From assembly GCA_963841915.1 (NCBI GenBank), contig CAWJEN010000005.1:1152001-1216000 (forward strand): 64,000 nucleotides of DNA, given 5' to 3'. Position 1 is the stretch's first letter. Every line of letters starts with the position of its first letter. Shown here piece after piece: positions 43,689-53,154 of the stretch. The notes below the pieces were generated by a model that saw only the letters and a program-made list of their open reading frames with translations, was not told where the DNA came from and ran no database searches. This DNA comes from an uncultured Planctomycetota bacterium (GTDB lineage Bacteria; Planctomycetota; Phycisphaerae; Tepidisphaerales; Tepidisphaeraceae). The position numbers and the translations under genes were made by a program.

Positions 43689-46238
43689 ATGAATCGCCTC
43701 CTCCTATCCGCTGTGACGTCCATCATGGTCGCCACGCCTGTTTTTGCCGCGACCGCTTCATTCGATCCGGCCGACGGCTACGGCGTTGGCCGCTCGCTCG
43801 CCAATCAGCCTGACGGTCAACCAAAGTGGCGCGGCAGTGGTGACCTCTTCACCGTCATCTTGATCGACAACGGCGGGGCAATTCAGTCGGCGGCAATCGA
43901 TCAGCCAAACTTCGCCAACATGCGGCTTGTGCCTGTCGGTGTCGAGGCCAAGGGCAAGGTGCCGTTCTCCTTGAAACTCCGGCCCGACGCCGCCCCGACA
44001 AGCGAAGACTTCGACGGGGCATGGTTCATCCGCATCGGGCACGTCGAAGACGGCACGAAGGGTAACGCCGTCCGTATCGGCATCTTCGACAACGGTGTCG
44101 TGCAGACGGAGAACCAAGCCGGCGGCGGCACCGTCAAGATGGTCGATGCCGACGGCAAGCAGGTCGACCTCGACGATCACAACGGCCGATTTATCCCAAT
44201 CGAAGGTGTTATCGATTTCGACACTGAAACCTACACGCTCAGTTTCGACGGCGTCGCTCAGACGTTCGACGGTAAGCCAGATTTGCCCTTCAGCGAGGCC
44301 GGTCAGAGCAGCTTCGGCACGATCTCGCTCAACAGCTGGAACAGTGACGATGCGCAGTGTCGGCAGATCACGATCGATGACCTGTCGGTCGGCGACGGCC
44401 AGGCGGCGGCGATGATGGAAGAGGCGGACGTCGTACCGGAACCCGTCGCGGCGGCGGTACCGACGGCTCGACCGCGGCCGGCGGGGGATCTGTTGCCCGA
44501 GAGCGGCATGTCGCTCTTGCCCGAGGATTCGAACGCGGCCTTTTTTGCCGGAAACTACGGGCCGGTCCAAGATCTGGCGTCGCTGGCGATCGTGAACGTG
44601 AAAGACGGCCCGGTTGATTCGGCCATCCGCGTGACCGTCGGTGTCAACACGGCACCGTCGCCCGAGCCGTGGCACGTCGAGGTCAAGACACGTCAAATAG
44701 CCCCGACGCAGGGCGGCGATGTCGCCCACCTTCGCTTCTGGGCACGGACGATCGAAAGCGCCCACGAGACGGCTGCCGCGGAATTCGACGTCTACTTCCA
44801 ACACGCCGGCCGGCCGTTCGATCCGTCCTTCGTCTACCGCGCCACGCCGACGGCGGAGTGGACGCGGTACGACGTTCCGTTTGAGGTACTGCGAACCTAC
44901 GGGGCAGGCGAAGCTGAACTCAACTTTGCGGCCGGTCTTCGCGAGCAGACGTTTGAATTGGCCGGCATCGAGCTCATCGGCTATGGCACACGTGGCGTGA
45001 CGGTGAGCGACTTGCCCCGAACTACGCAGGATTACGAAGGTCGTTCACCCGACGCACCGTGGCGGGCGGACGCCAGACAGCGGATTGTCGACCTTCGGAC
45101 CGGACCGATCCAAGTCAAGGTGATCGACGCAGAAGGTAATCCGGTGACGGATGGCGAGGTGTCGGTCCAGATGACGAAGAGCGCTTTCGAGTTCGGCAGC
45201 GCGATCTCAGGCGAAATCTGGGACGACGACAACGTAGACGGCAATCGGTATCGCAGCGAAACGCTCCGTTTGTTCAATACCGCCAGCACCGAGAACGGTC
45301 TGAAGATCCACCGCTGGTACGACCTGCAGCACCGCTACGAGACGATGACGATGCTGGCTGACCTGAAGGATGCGGGTTTTAACATTCACGGTCACGTCCT
45401 TGTGTGGCCGAGCTGGCGAAAAACGCGCATCCCGCTCGACCGGGCCCAAGCCGCCGCCGAGTCAGGTGACGTGGACATGCTGCGTTGGATGACCAACGAG
45501 TTCATCCGGGACGTCACGCTCGACACGGCTGGTTTTGTCGACGCATGGGACGTTATGAACGAGCCATGGAACAACAACGACTTCATGCAGGTCATGGGCG
45601 AGGACGAGATGGCGACGTGGTACCGGCAGGCGGACGGTTATGTGCCCGAAGCGACGCTCTACATCAACGATTTCGGCATCCTTAACGGTTCCAAGTTCAA
45701 GGAAAACGGCCACGCCCTCGAGTACCACCGCGTCATCAGCAAGCTGGTTTCCGACGAAGCGCCGCTCGATGCCATTGGTTTCCAGTCACACTTCGGCAGC
45801 CTGATTCCGATCCCGCAGGTCATCGAAACCATCGCCGCCTTCGAGCCGTTCGACAAGAAGTTCGCGATCACCGAGTTCGACGCCCGCGTCAGCGACGACG
45901 AGGCCTACGGCGACTACATGGGCGACCTCATGACGCTGGCCTACAGCCATCCGCAGTTCGAGGCGTTCATTTTGTGGGGCTTCTGGGATAAGCCGCACTG
46001 GCTCAAGAACGCGCCGCTCTACGACGAGGACTGGACACCCAAACATGGCCTGAAAGTTTGGGAAAACCTCGTGCTGGGCGAATGGAAGACGGACGAAGTC
46101 GCCGCCCTCTCCGCCGACGGTAGTGCAACCGTAGTCGGGCACCACGGCACCTACGTCATCAGCTTTGGCAACACGTCAGCGGTGGTCGAGCACACCCGCG
46201 ATGCACCGGCGACGGTGACGCTTCGCCTGCGCAACTGA
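43689..46238 (+). CDS. Multimodular GH10 (endo-1,4-beta-xylanase family) glycoside hydrolase with N-terminal unassigned domain and CBM4/9-like module
   Basis: FEFGSA, ENGLK, HGHVLVWP, WDVMNEP (acid/base Glu), LYINDF, IGFQSH, ITEFD (nucleophile Glu), LWGFWD. Confidence 0.88.
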   Translation: MNRLLLSAVTSIMVATPVFAATASFDPADGYGVGRSLANQPDGQPKWRGSGDLFTVILIDNGGAIQSAAIDQPNFANMRLVPVGVEAKGKVPFSLKLRPDAAPTSEDFDGAWFIRIGHVEDGTKGNAVRIGIFDNGVVQTENQAGGGTVKMVDADGKQVDLDDHNGRFIPIEGVIDFDTETYTLSFDGVAQTFDGKPDLPFSEAGQSSFGTISLNSWNSDDAQCRQITIDDLSVGDGQAAAMMEEADVVPEPVAAAVPTARPRPAGDLLPESGMSLLPEDSNAAFFAGNYGPVQDLASLAIVNVKDGPVDSAIRVTVGVNTAPSPEPWHVEVKTRQIAPTQGGDVAHLRFWARTIESAHETAAAEFDVYFQHAGRPFDPSFVYRATPTAEWTRYDVPFEVLRTYGAGEAELNFAAGLREQTFELAGIELIGYGTRGVTVSDLPRTTQDYEGRSPDAPWRADARQRIVDLRTGPIQVKVIDAEGNPVTDGEVSVQMTKSAFEFGSAISGEIWDDDNVDGNRYRSETLRLFNTASTENGLKIHRWYDLQHRYETMTMLADLKDAGFNIHGHVLVWPSWRKTRIPLDRAQAAAESGDVDMLRWMTNEFIRDVTLDTAGFVDAWDVMNEPWNNNDFMQVMGEDEMATWYRQADGYVPEATLYINDFGILNGSKFKENGHALEYHRVISKLVSDEAPLDAIGFQSHFGSLIPIPQVIETIAAFEPFDKKFAITEFDARVSDDEAYGDYMGDLMTLAYSHPQFEAFILWGFWDKPHWLKNAPLYDEDWTPKHGLKVWENLVLGEWKTDEVAALSADGSATVVGHHGTYVISFGNTSAVVEHTRDAPATVTLRLRN

Positions 46239-46257
46239 TCTTCGGCAACCCAAGCGG

Positions 46258-47391
46258 CTACAGGTCGAGCTGCCCGAACGGCTTGTCGGCCGGCAGCGGG
46301 GCGGGCCGGGTGTAGCCGGGCGTCATGGTGTGGAACGTGCCGCTTTGGCTGGAATCGACGAAGCCTTGCATCGCGTCGAGCACTGCGAACGACTGTTCGA
46401 GCGAGCAGCGGTGGGGGCGGCCGCTTTGGATGGCGTAGGCCATATCGGCCAGGCCGATGATGCGGCCGTAGCCGGTGACGTGGCTGTGCGGCTGTTCGTG
46501 CCACTGGTCGTCGCCGCCTTCATGCATGAGGTAGCACGGGTCGTCGAAGCCGTTGGGATCCGGCACGTTCAACGTCGCCTTCGTGCCGAAGACGGTGAAC
46601 GGTTGGATCGTCGGCGGGTTCCGCATCGCAAAGCTCTGGATGATCGATCCGACGACGCCGCTTTCAAACTCGATAGAGCCGGTGTAGTGGTCGGGCGTCG
46701 TGACGTGCATCGACTGGCCGTTCTTGGCCTCGCTCGTGATGGTGCGATCTGGAATGGCGATGCTCGTCATGCCAGCGACGCGCTTCATCGGGCCGAGCAT
46801 GTGCAGCAGGGCGGTGAGGTAATAGGGGCCCATGTCGAACATCGGTCCGCCGCCCGGCTGGTAGTAGAACTCGGGCGACGGGTGCCAGTGTTCGTGACCG
46901 CGTGAGATCATGAAGGCGGTGACGGCCGTGATCTCGCCGAGGACGCCGTCATCAATGAGCTTGCGGGCGGTCTGGTGGCCGGCGCCCAGAAAGGTGTCGG
47001 GTGCACAGCCAATACGAAGGCCGGTGGAGGTGGCCTTGTCGAACAGGCGTCTGCCTTCGTCACGATCGACGCCGAGCGGCTTCTCGAGATAGCAGTGTTT
47101 GCCGGCGTCAAGTGCCCGCTCGCTCACCTCGACGTGGGCGGCGGGAATGGTGAGATTCAGCACCATCTCGATGCCGTCGTCTGCCATCAGTTCGTCGACA
47201 CTGCACCCTTTGGAAATGCCGTGCTCCGTCGCGGCGGCCTTGGCCCGTTCGAGGTCAAGATCGGCGACCGCAACGATATCGAGCGACGGAAACAGGTCCT
47301 TCCGCGAAAGATACTGCTTCGAGATGTTGCCGGCACCAATGCATCCGACCGTCACGCGGCGGACGCCTTCTCGATGTGGAGTGTCGCTCAT
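46258..47391 (-). CDS. Gfo/Idh/MocA family oxidoreductase
   Basis: IGAGNIS, NLTIPAAH, GKHCYLEKP, APDTFLG, GGGPMFDMGPYY. Confidence 0.92.
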   Translation of the reverse strand: MSDTPHREGVRRVTVGCIGAGNISKQYLSRKDLFPSLDIVAVADLDLERAKAAATEHGISKGCSVDELMADDGIEMVLNLTIPAAHVEVSERALDAGKHCYLEKPLGVDRDEGRRLFDKATSTGLRIGCAPDTFLGAGHQTARKLIDDGVLGEITAVTAFMISRGHEHWHPSPEFYYQPGGGPMFDMGPYYLTALLHMLGPMKRVAGMTSIAIPDRTITSEAKNGQSMHVTTPDHYTGSIEFESGVVGSIIQSFAMRNPPTIQPFTVFGTKATLNVPDPNGFDDPCYLMHEGGDDQWHEQPHSHVTGYGRIIGLADMAYAIQSGRPHRCSLEQSFAVLDAMQGFVDSSQSGTFHTMTPGYTRPAPLPADKPFGQLDL

Positions 47392-47424
47392 TACCAAAAG
47401 TAGGGGCGCTTGCGGACCGCTCGC

Positions 47425-48798
47425 TCAGGCGGCAGCGGCAGTTGTCTCGCTCACTGCAGTTTCGACTACCTCGTTGATGCGACGGATGTCTGCACCGACC
47501 GACTGCAGCTTCTGCTCGAGCTTTTCGTACCCGCGGTCGATGTGGTACACCCGATCCAGCCGCGTCTCTTCCGATGCGGCCAAACCTGCCAAGAGCAGGG
47601 CGGCACTGGCCCGGAGGTCGCTGCACATCACGGTCGCTCCCTGCAGTGTTCCCACGCCACGGATAAGGGCTGTAGGGCCTTCCTTGATAACGTTCGAGCC
47701 GAGCCGATTGAGCTCGGCAACGTGCAGGAACCGTTCGGGATAAATCCGCTCGGTGATGACGCTTGCTCCATTGGCCAAGCACATGGCAGCCATGAGCTGG
47801 GCCTGCAAGTCGGTCGGGAAGCCGGGGTATGGCTGTGTCGTAACTTCAATTGGCGAAAGGCCGTTCGGCGCGTCGGCAACGAGGTGGCCGGTCTCGGGGC
47901 AGTCGACGATGCGAATGCCGCACTGCTCGTATGCGTCGATGACGGCGATGAGGTGGTCGCGTCGGGCGTTGCGGAGGGCGAGCCTACCACCCGTCATGGC
48001 AGCGGCGAGGATGAACGTGCCGGCCTCAATGCGGTCGGGGATGACCGTGTGCGACGTGCCGGTGAGCATCGTCACGCCCTCGATCTTGATCTCCGGCGTA
48101 CCGCCGCCGGTGATGCGCGCGCCCATGGCGTTGAGCAGCTTGGCACAGTCTGCGACTTCCGGCTCACAGGCGGCGCCGACAATGGTCGTCGTGCCACGGG
48201 CCAACGCAGCGGCGCACATGACGTTGATGGTGCCCAGCACGGTGGGCCCGCGCCCGCCGCCGAGATAGAGCGTTGTGCCCTTGAGACCTTCCGGCGGAAC
48301 GGTGCCGACGATGTACCCACCCTCGAGGGTGAAGGTCGCTCCGAGCTTCTCGAGGCCGCGTAGGTGCAGGTCGATCGGGCGATCACCGATTGCGCAGCCG
48401 CCGGGGGCACTGAAGACGACCCTGCCGCGACGGGCGAGCATCGGGCCCAGCACGCAGACACTGGCGCGCATGGTCTTGACAAGGTCGTAGCTGCACGAGA
48501 GCTTGGTGTCGTCCTCCACTTCGATCTCGAGCGGCCCGTTGAGGGCGGGCCTGCCGGTGAAGTCGACGACGTCAGTCCCGGCGAGGGAGGCGGGTTGCTG
48601 GCGGTCGACGCGGAGGCCGAGCGAGCGGAGCAGCTTGACCATCGACGAGATGTCGCTGAGCCGCGGGACGCCGTGCAGGGTCGTGGTGCCCTCTGCCATG
48701 AGACAGGCGGCGAGGATCGGGAGCGACGCGTTCTTGCTGCCGCTGATGTCGACGGTGCCGACCAGCGGCTTACCGCCGCGAATAAGGAGCGAATCCAT
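47425..48798 (-). CDS. murA: UDP-N-acetylglucosamine 1-carboxyvinyltransferase
   Basis: SGSKNASLPI, MRAS, PGGCAIGDRPIDLH (catalytic Cys), PDRIEAGT, PYPGFPTDLQAQ, DLRASA, HIDRGYE. Confidence 0.97.
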   Translation of the reverse strand: MDSLLIRGGKPLVGTVDISGSKNASLPILAACLMAEGTTTLHGVPRLSDISSMVKLLRSLGLRVDRQQPASLAGTDVVDFTGRPALNGPLEIEVEDDTKLSCSYDLVKTMRASVCVLGPMLARRGRVVFSAPGGCAIGDRPIDLHLRGLEKLGATFTLEGGYIVGTVPPEGLKGTTLYLGGGRGPTVLGTINVMCAAALARGTTTIVGAACEPEVADCAKLLNAMGARITGGGTPEIKIEGVTMLTGTSHTVIPDRIEAGTFILAAAMTGGRLALRNARRDHLIAVIDAYEQCGIRIVDCPETGHLVADAPNGLSPIEVTTQPYPGFPTDLQAQLMAAMCLANGASVITERIYPERFLHVAELNRLGSNVIKEGPTALIRGVGTLQGATVMCSDLRASAALLLAGLAASEETRLDRVYHIDRGYEKLEQKLQSVGADIRRINEVVETAVSETTAAAA

Positions 48799-49099
48799 GC
48801 CGAGTGCCTTCCGTGGCTGAGGGCGAAAGTGACCTGCCTTCCGCCGATCCGTCGGCGGGGCACCGGTCTATCCATCGGCCCGCGACGTCCTGCCGCGACA
48901 ACCGATGTCTGGTGCAACGTCCAATATGGCGAATCGGCCTCAAGGTGCAACCGCGACATTCTTTCGCGACTCCGCGCCCGCACTTTCACCCGAACAATCC
49001 ACAGAGCAGGCGCGTCCCAACGTCCGGTAGCCGCCGTAGCGACGTTCCTGCGTCAGCGACGTGCCGGAACTCAATGGCACCTGTCTAAACTGTGATCCC

Positions 49100-50791
49100 G
49101 TGACGAAGCGAATTGCCTTACTTGAAACGCTCGAGTGTCGACGCCTGCTGTCGGCTCAGACCTTTGCAGAAACAAGCGCTTTGGCCGCCACCGCCGATCG
49201 CAGCGTTGCTGGTGGATTCAACGCCACCATCAACTTCCAGCCCGCAGGCCTCGGCAGTGTCGACAACACCAGGGCCGACTTCGGACGCCTCTATGGTCAG
49301 CGGGGCAACGGCCTGTCGTACGGCTGGAACCGCGACCTCGAAGCCGACGGCGACATGATCGACCGCGACTCGACCCGCGATCTCTACAGCCTTACCGAGT
49401 CGGCCGCCGTCGGCAACGGTCCCGCCGGTGAGCTGCAGACTGTTGACGAGCGCTACGACACGCTGGCCCAGGTCGAAGTCGGCGACGCCTGGTCGATCGA
49501 CGTTCCCGACGACAGGCTCTACGCGCTTGCGGTTGTGGTCGGTGATCCTGATTTTGCCCCGGGCGTCGGCTTTGCCAACCGCACCGTCATTTCGGTGAAC
49601 GACGAGCTCTTCATCGAAGGCGAGTCCAAACGCTACTGGCCCTACGCGGAGGCGACAGGTTACGTCGAGCCAGGGACCGACGGCCGCATCACGCTAAATG
49701 TCGTTCCGAACTCTTTGGGCGGCAGCATCTTGTGGGTGCGCGTGGCGGAGGTCGAAGCGTTTCCGACGTACGACGCAGGTGAGTCGATCGACTGGACGCA
49801 GCTGACGACGGCCGAGGCTCTTGCGGCGGATGTGCCGAACTCACCGGTGCCGCGTGCCGAAGGTGGTGGCGGCGTCGTGGGTGATGAGCTTGTTCTCATC
49901 GGTGGCTTCGAGCAGCGGTACGTCGACACCTACAAGCGGGTCGACATCGTCAACCTGGAGACAGGCGACACGCGTTCGGGCACAGAAATCCCCGAAACGG
50001 CTGCCGACACGCACGCGGCAGAGGTGGTCGACGAAACCCGCGGCGTCATTCACTGGATCGCCGGCACCATCGGCAACGAAAGCGGGCTTGACTACGACCA
50101 CATCACCGACACCGCCTGGACCTTCGACCCGGACGGCGGAACAGACGGTGCGGGCTCCTGGACGCAACTTCCAGACCTGCCGGCCGAGCGAGCCGGCGCG
50201 GCGGCCATCGTCGTCGGCGACGCGTTGCACGTCCTGGGCGGAAGCGACGACACTGGCGTGCTGGCCCAGAACGAGCACTGGATGCTCGACCTGACCGACA
50301 CGACAGCCGACTGGCAGATCATGCCACCTCTGCCGTTCGGCGTGGTACACACGCGGGTCGAGGTGCTGCCGACCGCCGCCGAGTTCGGCGGGCCGCTCCT
50401 CGTCGTCACCGGCGGCGAGTACGACCACGGCCTGGGCTACTCGACGGTGCGCCACACGCAGCTCTACGACGTCGAGCAGGCCAGCTGGACGCTCGGCCAG
50501 CCATCGCCGCAGGATTACAGCCATAACACCAGCCTCGTCATCGATGGTGACGTCTGGGTGGTCGGTGGTCAGAGCAAGGCCAACGAAGTCGCAGGCGGTG
50601 TCTTCAGCTACGACGCGGCTGACGATGTCTGGGTGACGCACACGAACATGCCGCAGGATCGCAAGATCGGCGTGCCGTTCTTCGACGAAGAAGACGACCG
50701 AATTGTTTATATCGCAGGTGACACACGAAACGAAGGCTTCGTCGACGGCGTGTTGCTGGGCGTGATCGACTTCCCGGCCGCGGCGGCGTGA
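49100..50791 (+). CDS. Exported Kelch-repeat protein with N-terminal beta-sandwich domain
   Basis: LETLECRRLLS motif; INFQP..YGWN; repeated GG..Y/W kelch blades. Confidence 0.78.
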   Translation: MTKRIALLETLECRRLLSAQTFAETSALAATADRSVAGGFNATINFQPAGLGSVDNTRADFGRLYGQRGNGLSYGWNRDLEADGDMIDRDSTRDLYSLTESAAVGNGPAGELQTVDERYDTLAQVEVGDAWSIDVPDDRLYALAVVVGDPDFAPGVGFANRTVISVNDELFIEGESKRYWPYAEATGYVEPGTDGRITLNVVPNSLGGSILWVRVAEVEAFPTYDAGESIDWTQLTTAEALAADVPNSPVPRAEGGGGVVGDELVLIGGFEQRYVDTYKRVDIVNLETGDTRSGTEIPETAADTHAAEVVDETRGVIHWIAGTIGNESGLDYDHITDTAWTFDPDGGTDGAGSWTQLPDLPAERAGAAAIVVGDALHVLGGSDDTGVLAQNEHWMLDLTDTTADWQIMPPLPFGVVHTRVEVLPTAAEFGGPLLVVTGGEYDHGLGYSTVRHTQLYDVEQASWTLGQPSPQDYSHNTSLVIDGDVWVVGGQSKANEVAGGVFSYDAADDVWVTHTNMPQDRKIGVPFFDEEDDRIVYIAGDTRNEGFVDGVLLGVIDFPAAAA

Positions 50792-50833
50792 GGCGGTTTG
50801 GCCATCAGGCGATGAGTCTCGTAGGGTATTGGC

Positions 50834-51706
50834 ATGGCTAGGAAGGACCCACCAGACGACGGCCGCGATGCCGGCGAAGACGGTGGCGTCGACGGCTTGT
50901 CCCGCGAGTCGTTTACACGGACCGTCATTGACCGCGTCCGCGAAAAGTTCCCGCTCGTCAAGATCGGCCGGGCCAAGCATTCGTTCTGCGTCCGCGTCAA
51001 CGGCCAGGTCGTCAGCCTCGAAAACCTGTACCGCATCAGCCAACTTGCCCCCGAAGACCTGCAACGCCAAGTCGAGCGGTGGACGGTCGAGCTGCTCCGC
51101 GCCGGCGAGGGGCGGCCTGATCGTGACGCGGGTCTGGACGAAGTTCGTGATCGCATCCTTCCGATGCTTTTGCCCGGTGGCATGACTGAAGGCGCCGTCG
51201 GCGGCATTGACGTCAACGGCCAGGCGACCGACACGACCGGGCTGGCCGTCCGCGAACTCGTGCCCGGCCTGAGCGTCGGATACGTCATCGACGGTGACCA
51301 CACGATCGCCTACATCCCTGAGTCGGCCCTGGACCGCTGGTACCTCGACATCGAAGAACTCGACAAGCTGGCGATGGACAACCTCACACAGCGCAGTGAG
51401 ATGATGAACGCCCACGCCTCGCAGGACGGCGACGGCAATACGAACCTGATCCTGTTCCAGTTGCTCGACGGGTTCGACGCGTCACGGTTGCTGTTGCCGA
51501 ACCTGCACGATCGCTTGCGCGAACACCTTGGAAGCCCGTTCCTGGCCGCGGTGCCCAACCGGAACATTCTGCTCTGCATCCGAGACGACGGAACCACGGC
51601 CGAGTCGATTCGCACCCAAATCAGCCAAGACTTCCAGACCAAGCCCCATTCGATCATCGACAAGCTGTTGCTTGTCACCGCCGACGGCATCGCGCCGGGC
51701 GAGTGA
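50834..51706 (+). CDS. DUF1444 family protein
   Basis: VSLENLY, RILPML, GYVID, LAMDNL, DGFDASRLLLP, AVPNRNILL. Confidence 0.7.
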   Translation: MARKDPPDDGRDAGEDGGVDGLSRESFTRTVIDRVREKFPLVKIGRAKHSFCVRVNGQVVSLENLYRISQLAPEDLQRQVERWTVELLRAGEGRPDRDAGLDEVRDRILPMLLPGGMTEGAVGGIDVNGQATDTTGLAVRELVPGLSVGYVIDGDHTIAYIPESALDRWYLDIEELDKLAMDNLTQRSEMMNAHASQDGDGNTNLILFQLLDGFDASRLLLPNLHDRLREHLGSPFLAAVPNRNILLCIRDDGTTAESIRTQISQDFQTKPHSIIDKLLLVTADGIAPGE

Positions 51707-51738
51707 TTGTTTCGTCACCCATCGCAAGGACGCGACGC

Positions 51739-53145
51739 ATGACACGATTGATTCTGCTGCTGACGCTATTGCTGCCATCGCTCGCCGCCGGTTCGCCGCG
51801 GATCGACAAGGCGATGACGCTTGCGCCCAAAGGTGCGACGGTGGCGGTGCACGTCGAGCGGCTGGATCAACCGGCCGAGGTGTATGACCGCAACGCCACG
51901 CGCGCCATGATCCCGGCGAGCAACCTGAAGGTGCTGACCACCGCCGCGGCTCTGTCCGAGCTCGGCAGCGACTACCGATTCCAGACGAAGCTGCTCGTCC
52001 GGCCGACCGGTGACGAGGGCGAGGCCGACGTGCTGGTCGTCGGTGGTGGCGATCCGACCTTCGGCGACGCGGAACTTCTGGACGGCGTCGACGGTTGGGA
52101 CGTCCGGACGATCCTCGAGCAATGGGCGGGCATTCTCGCCGACCGCGGCATTTCAAAGGTTCGGGCGCTACACGCTGACGACACGATCTTCGACAGTGAG
52201 TACGACCACCCGAACTGGCCGTCGAATCAGAAGCATCTGTGGTACGAAGCCCAGGTTGGGGGGCTGAACCTGAATATCAACACGATCGGCGTGCACCTCG
52301 AGCGGGCGGGTAGCCGCATGGACGTCAAGCTCGATCCGCCGACGAAGTTCGTCACGATCGACGGCACCGTCAAGAGCGGCAAGAAGAACGCCGTCATTGC
52401 CTCTCGGCGGCTCGGTACGAACACGCTCATTCTCGGTGGTGAGACAAACGCACGGGTACAAGGGCCGCTCCGCGTCACAATTGACGGGCCGACAGACTAC
52501 TTCGCAGCCGTCTTTGCCGAAGCCCTCGCCGACGCGGGCATAACGGTCGCAGGCACGGTGGTCGGGCCGGTCGAGACGACGGACGCGTGGGAGCTGATTG
52601 CCCTGCACGAAACGCCGCTCGGCACCGTGATGTCGCGGACGAACGAAGACAGCATCAACCTGTATGCTGAGACGTTGATCAAGCTGCTGGGTCGTCGGGC
52701 GACGGGCCAGCCGGGCTCGTGGCAAACCGGCGGCGACGCCGTCATTGCCTACCTCGACGGCCTCGGCGTCGATGTCTCCTCCATCGTGTTCGACGACGGC
52801 AGCGGGATGAGTCGCCTCAACCGCGTCACAGCCAAGGCCATGACGGCAGCGCTGGCCGACCAGTACAGCTCGGACGACTTCGACTTTTACCGCGACGCCC
52901 TCAGCGACGCCGGCAGTGACGGCACGCTCGAACGCCGCTTCCGCGATCAGCCGAGCCTGCACGGCCGCGTCTGGGGCAAAACCGGCTACATCAACGGCGT
53001 CAGCACCATGAGCGGCTACCTCCACGCCCAGGACGGCCACTGGTACGCCTTCAGCGTTCTCGTCAATGACATCCCCAGCGGCAAAGTCTGGCAGGCAAAG
53101 GCCCTGCAGGAAGCCGTCGTCGCGGCAGTCGACGCAGGTAATTGA
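51739..53145 (+). CDS. dacB: D-alanyl-D-alanine carboxypeptidase/endopeptidase (PBP4, peptidase S13)
   Basis: PASNLK (SxxK), GGGDPT, SIN (SxN), DGSGMSR, KTG. Confidence 0.93.
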   Translation: MTRLILLLTLLLPSLAAGSPRIDKAMTLAPKGATVAVHVERLDQPAEVYDRNATRAMIPASNLKVLTTAAALSELGSDYRFQTKLLVRPTGDEGEADVLVVGGGDPTFGDAELLDGVDGWDVRTILEQWAGILADRGISKVRALHADDTIFDSEYDHPNWPSNQKHLWYEAQVGGLNLNINTIGVHLERAGSRMDVKLDPPTKFVTIDGTVKSGKKNAVIASRRLGTNTLILGGETNARVQGPLRVTIDGPTDYFAAVFAEALADAGITVAGTVVGPVETTDAWELIALHETPLGTVMSRTNEDSINLYAETLIKLLGRRATGQPGSWQTGGDAVIAYLDGLGVDVSSIVFDDGSGMSRLNRVTAKAMTAALADQYSSDDFDFYRDALSDAGSDGTLERRFRDQPSLHGRVWGKTGYINGVSTMSGYLHAQDGHWYAFSVLVNDIPSGKVWQAKALQEAVVAAVDAGN

Positions 53146-53154
53146 AGTCGCGTT

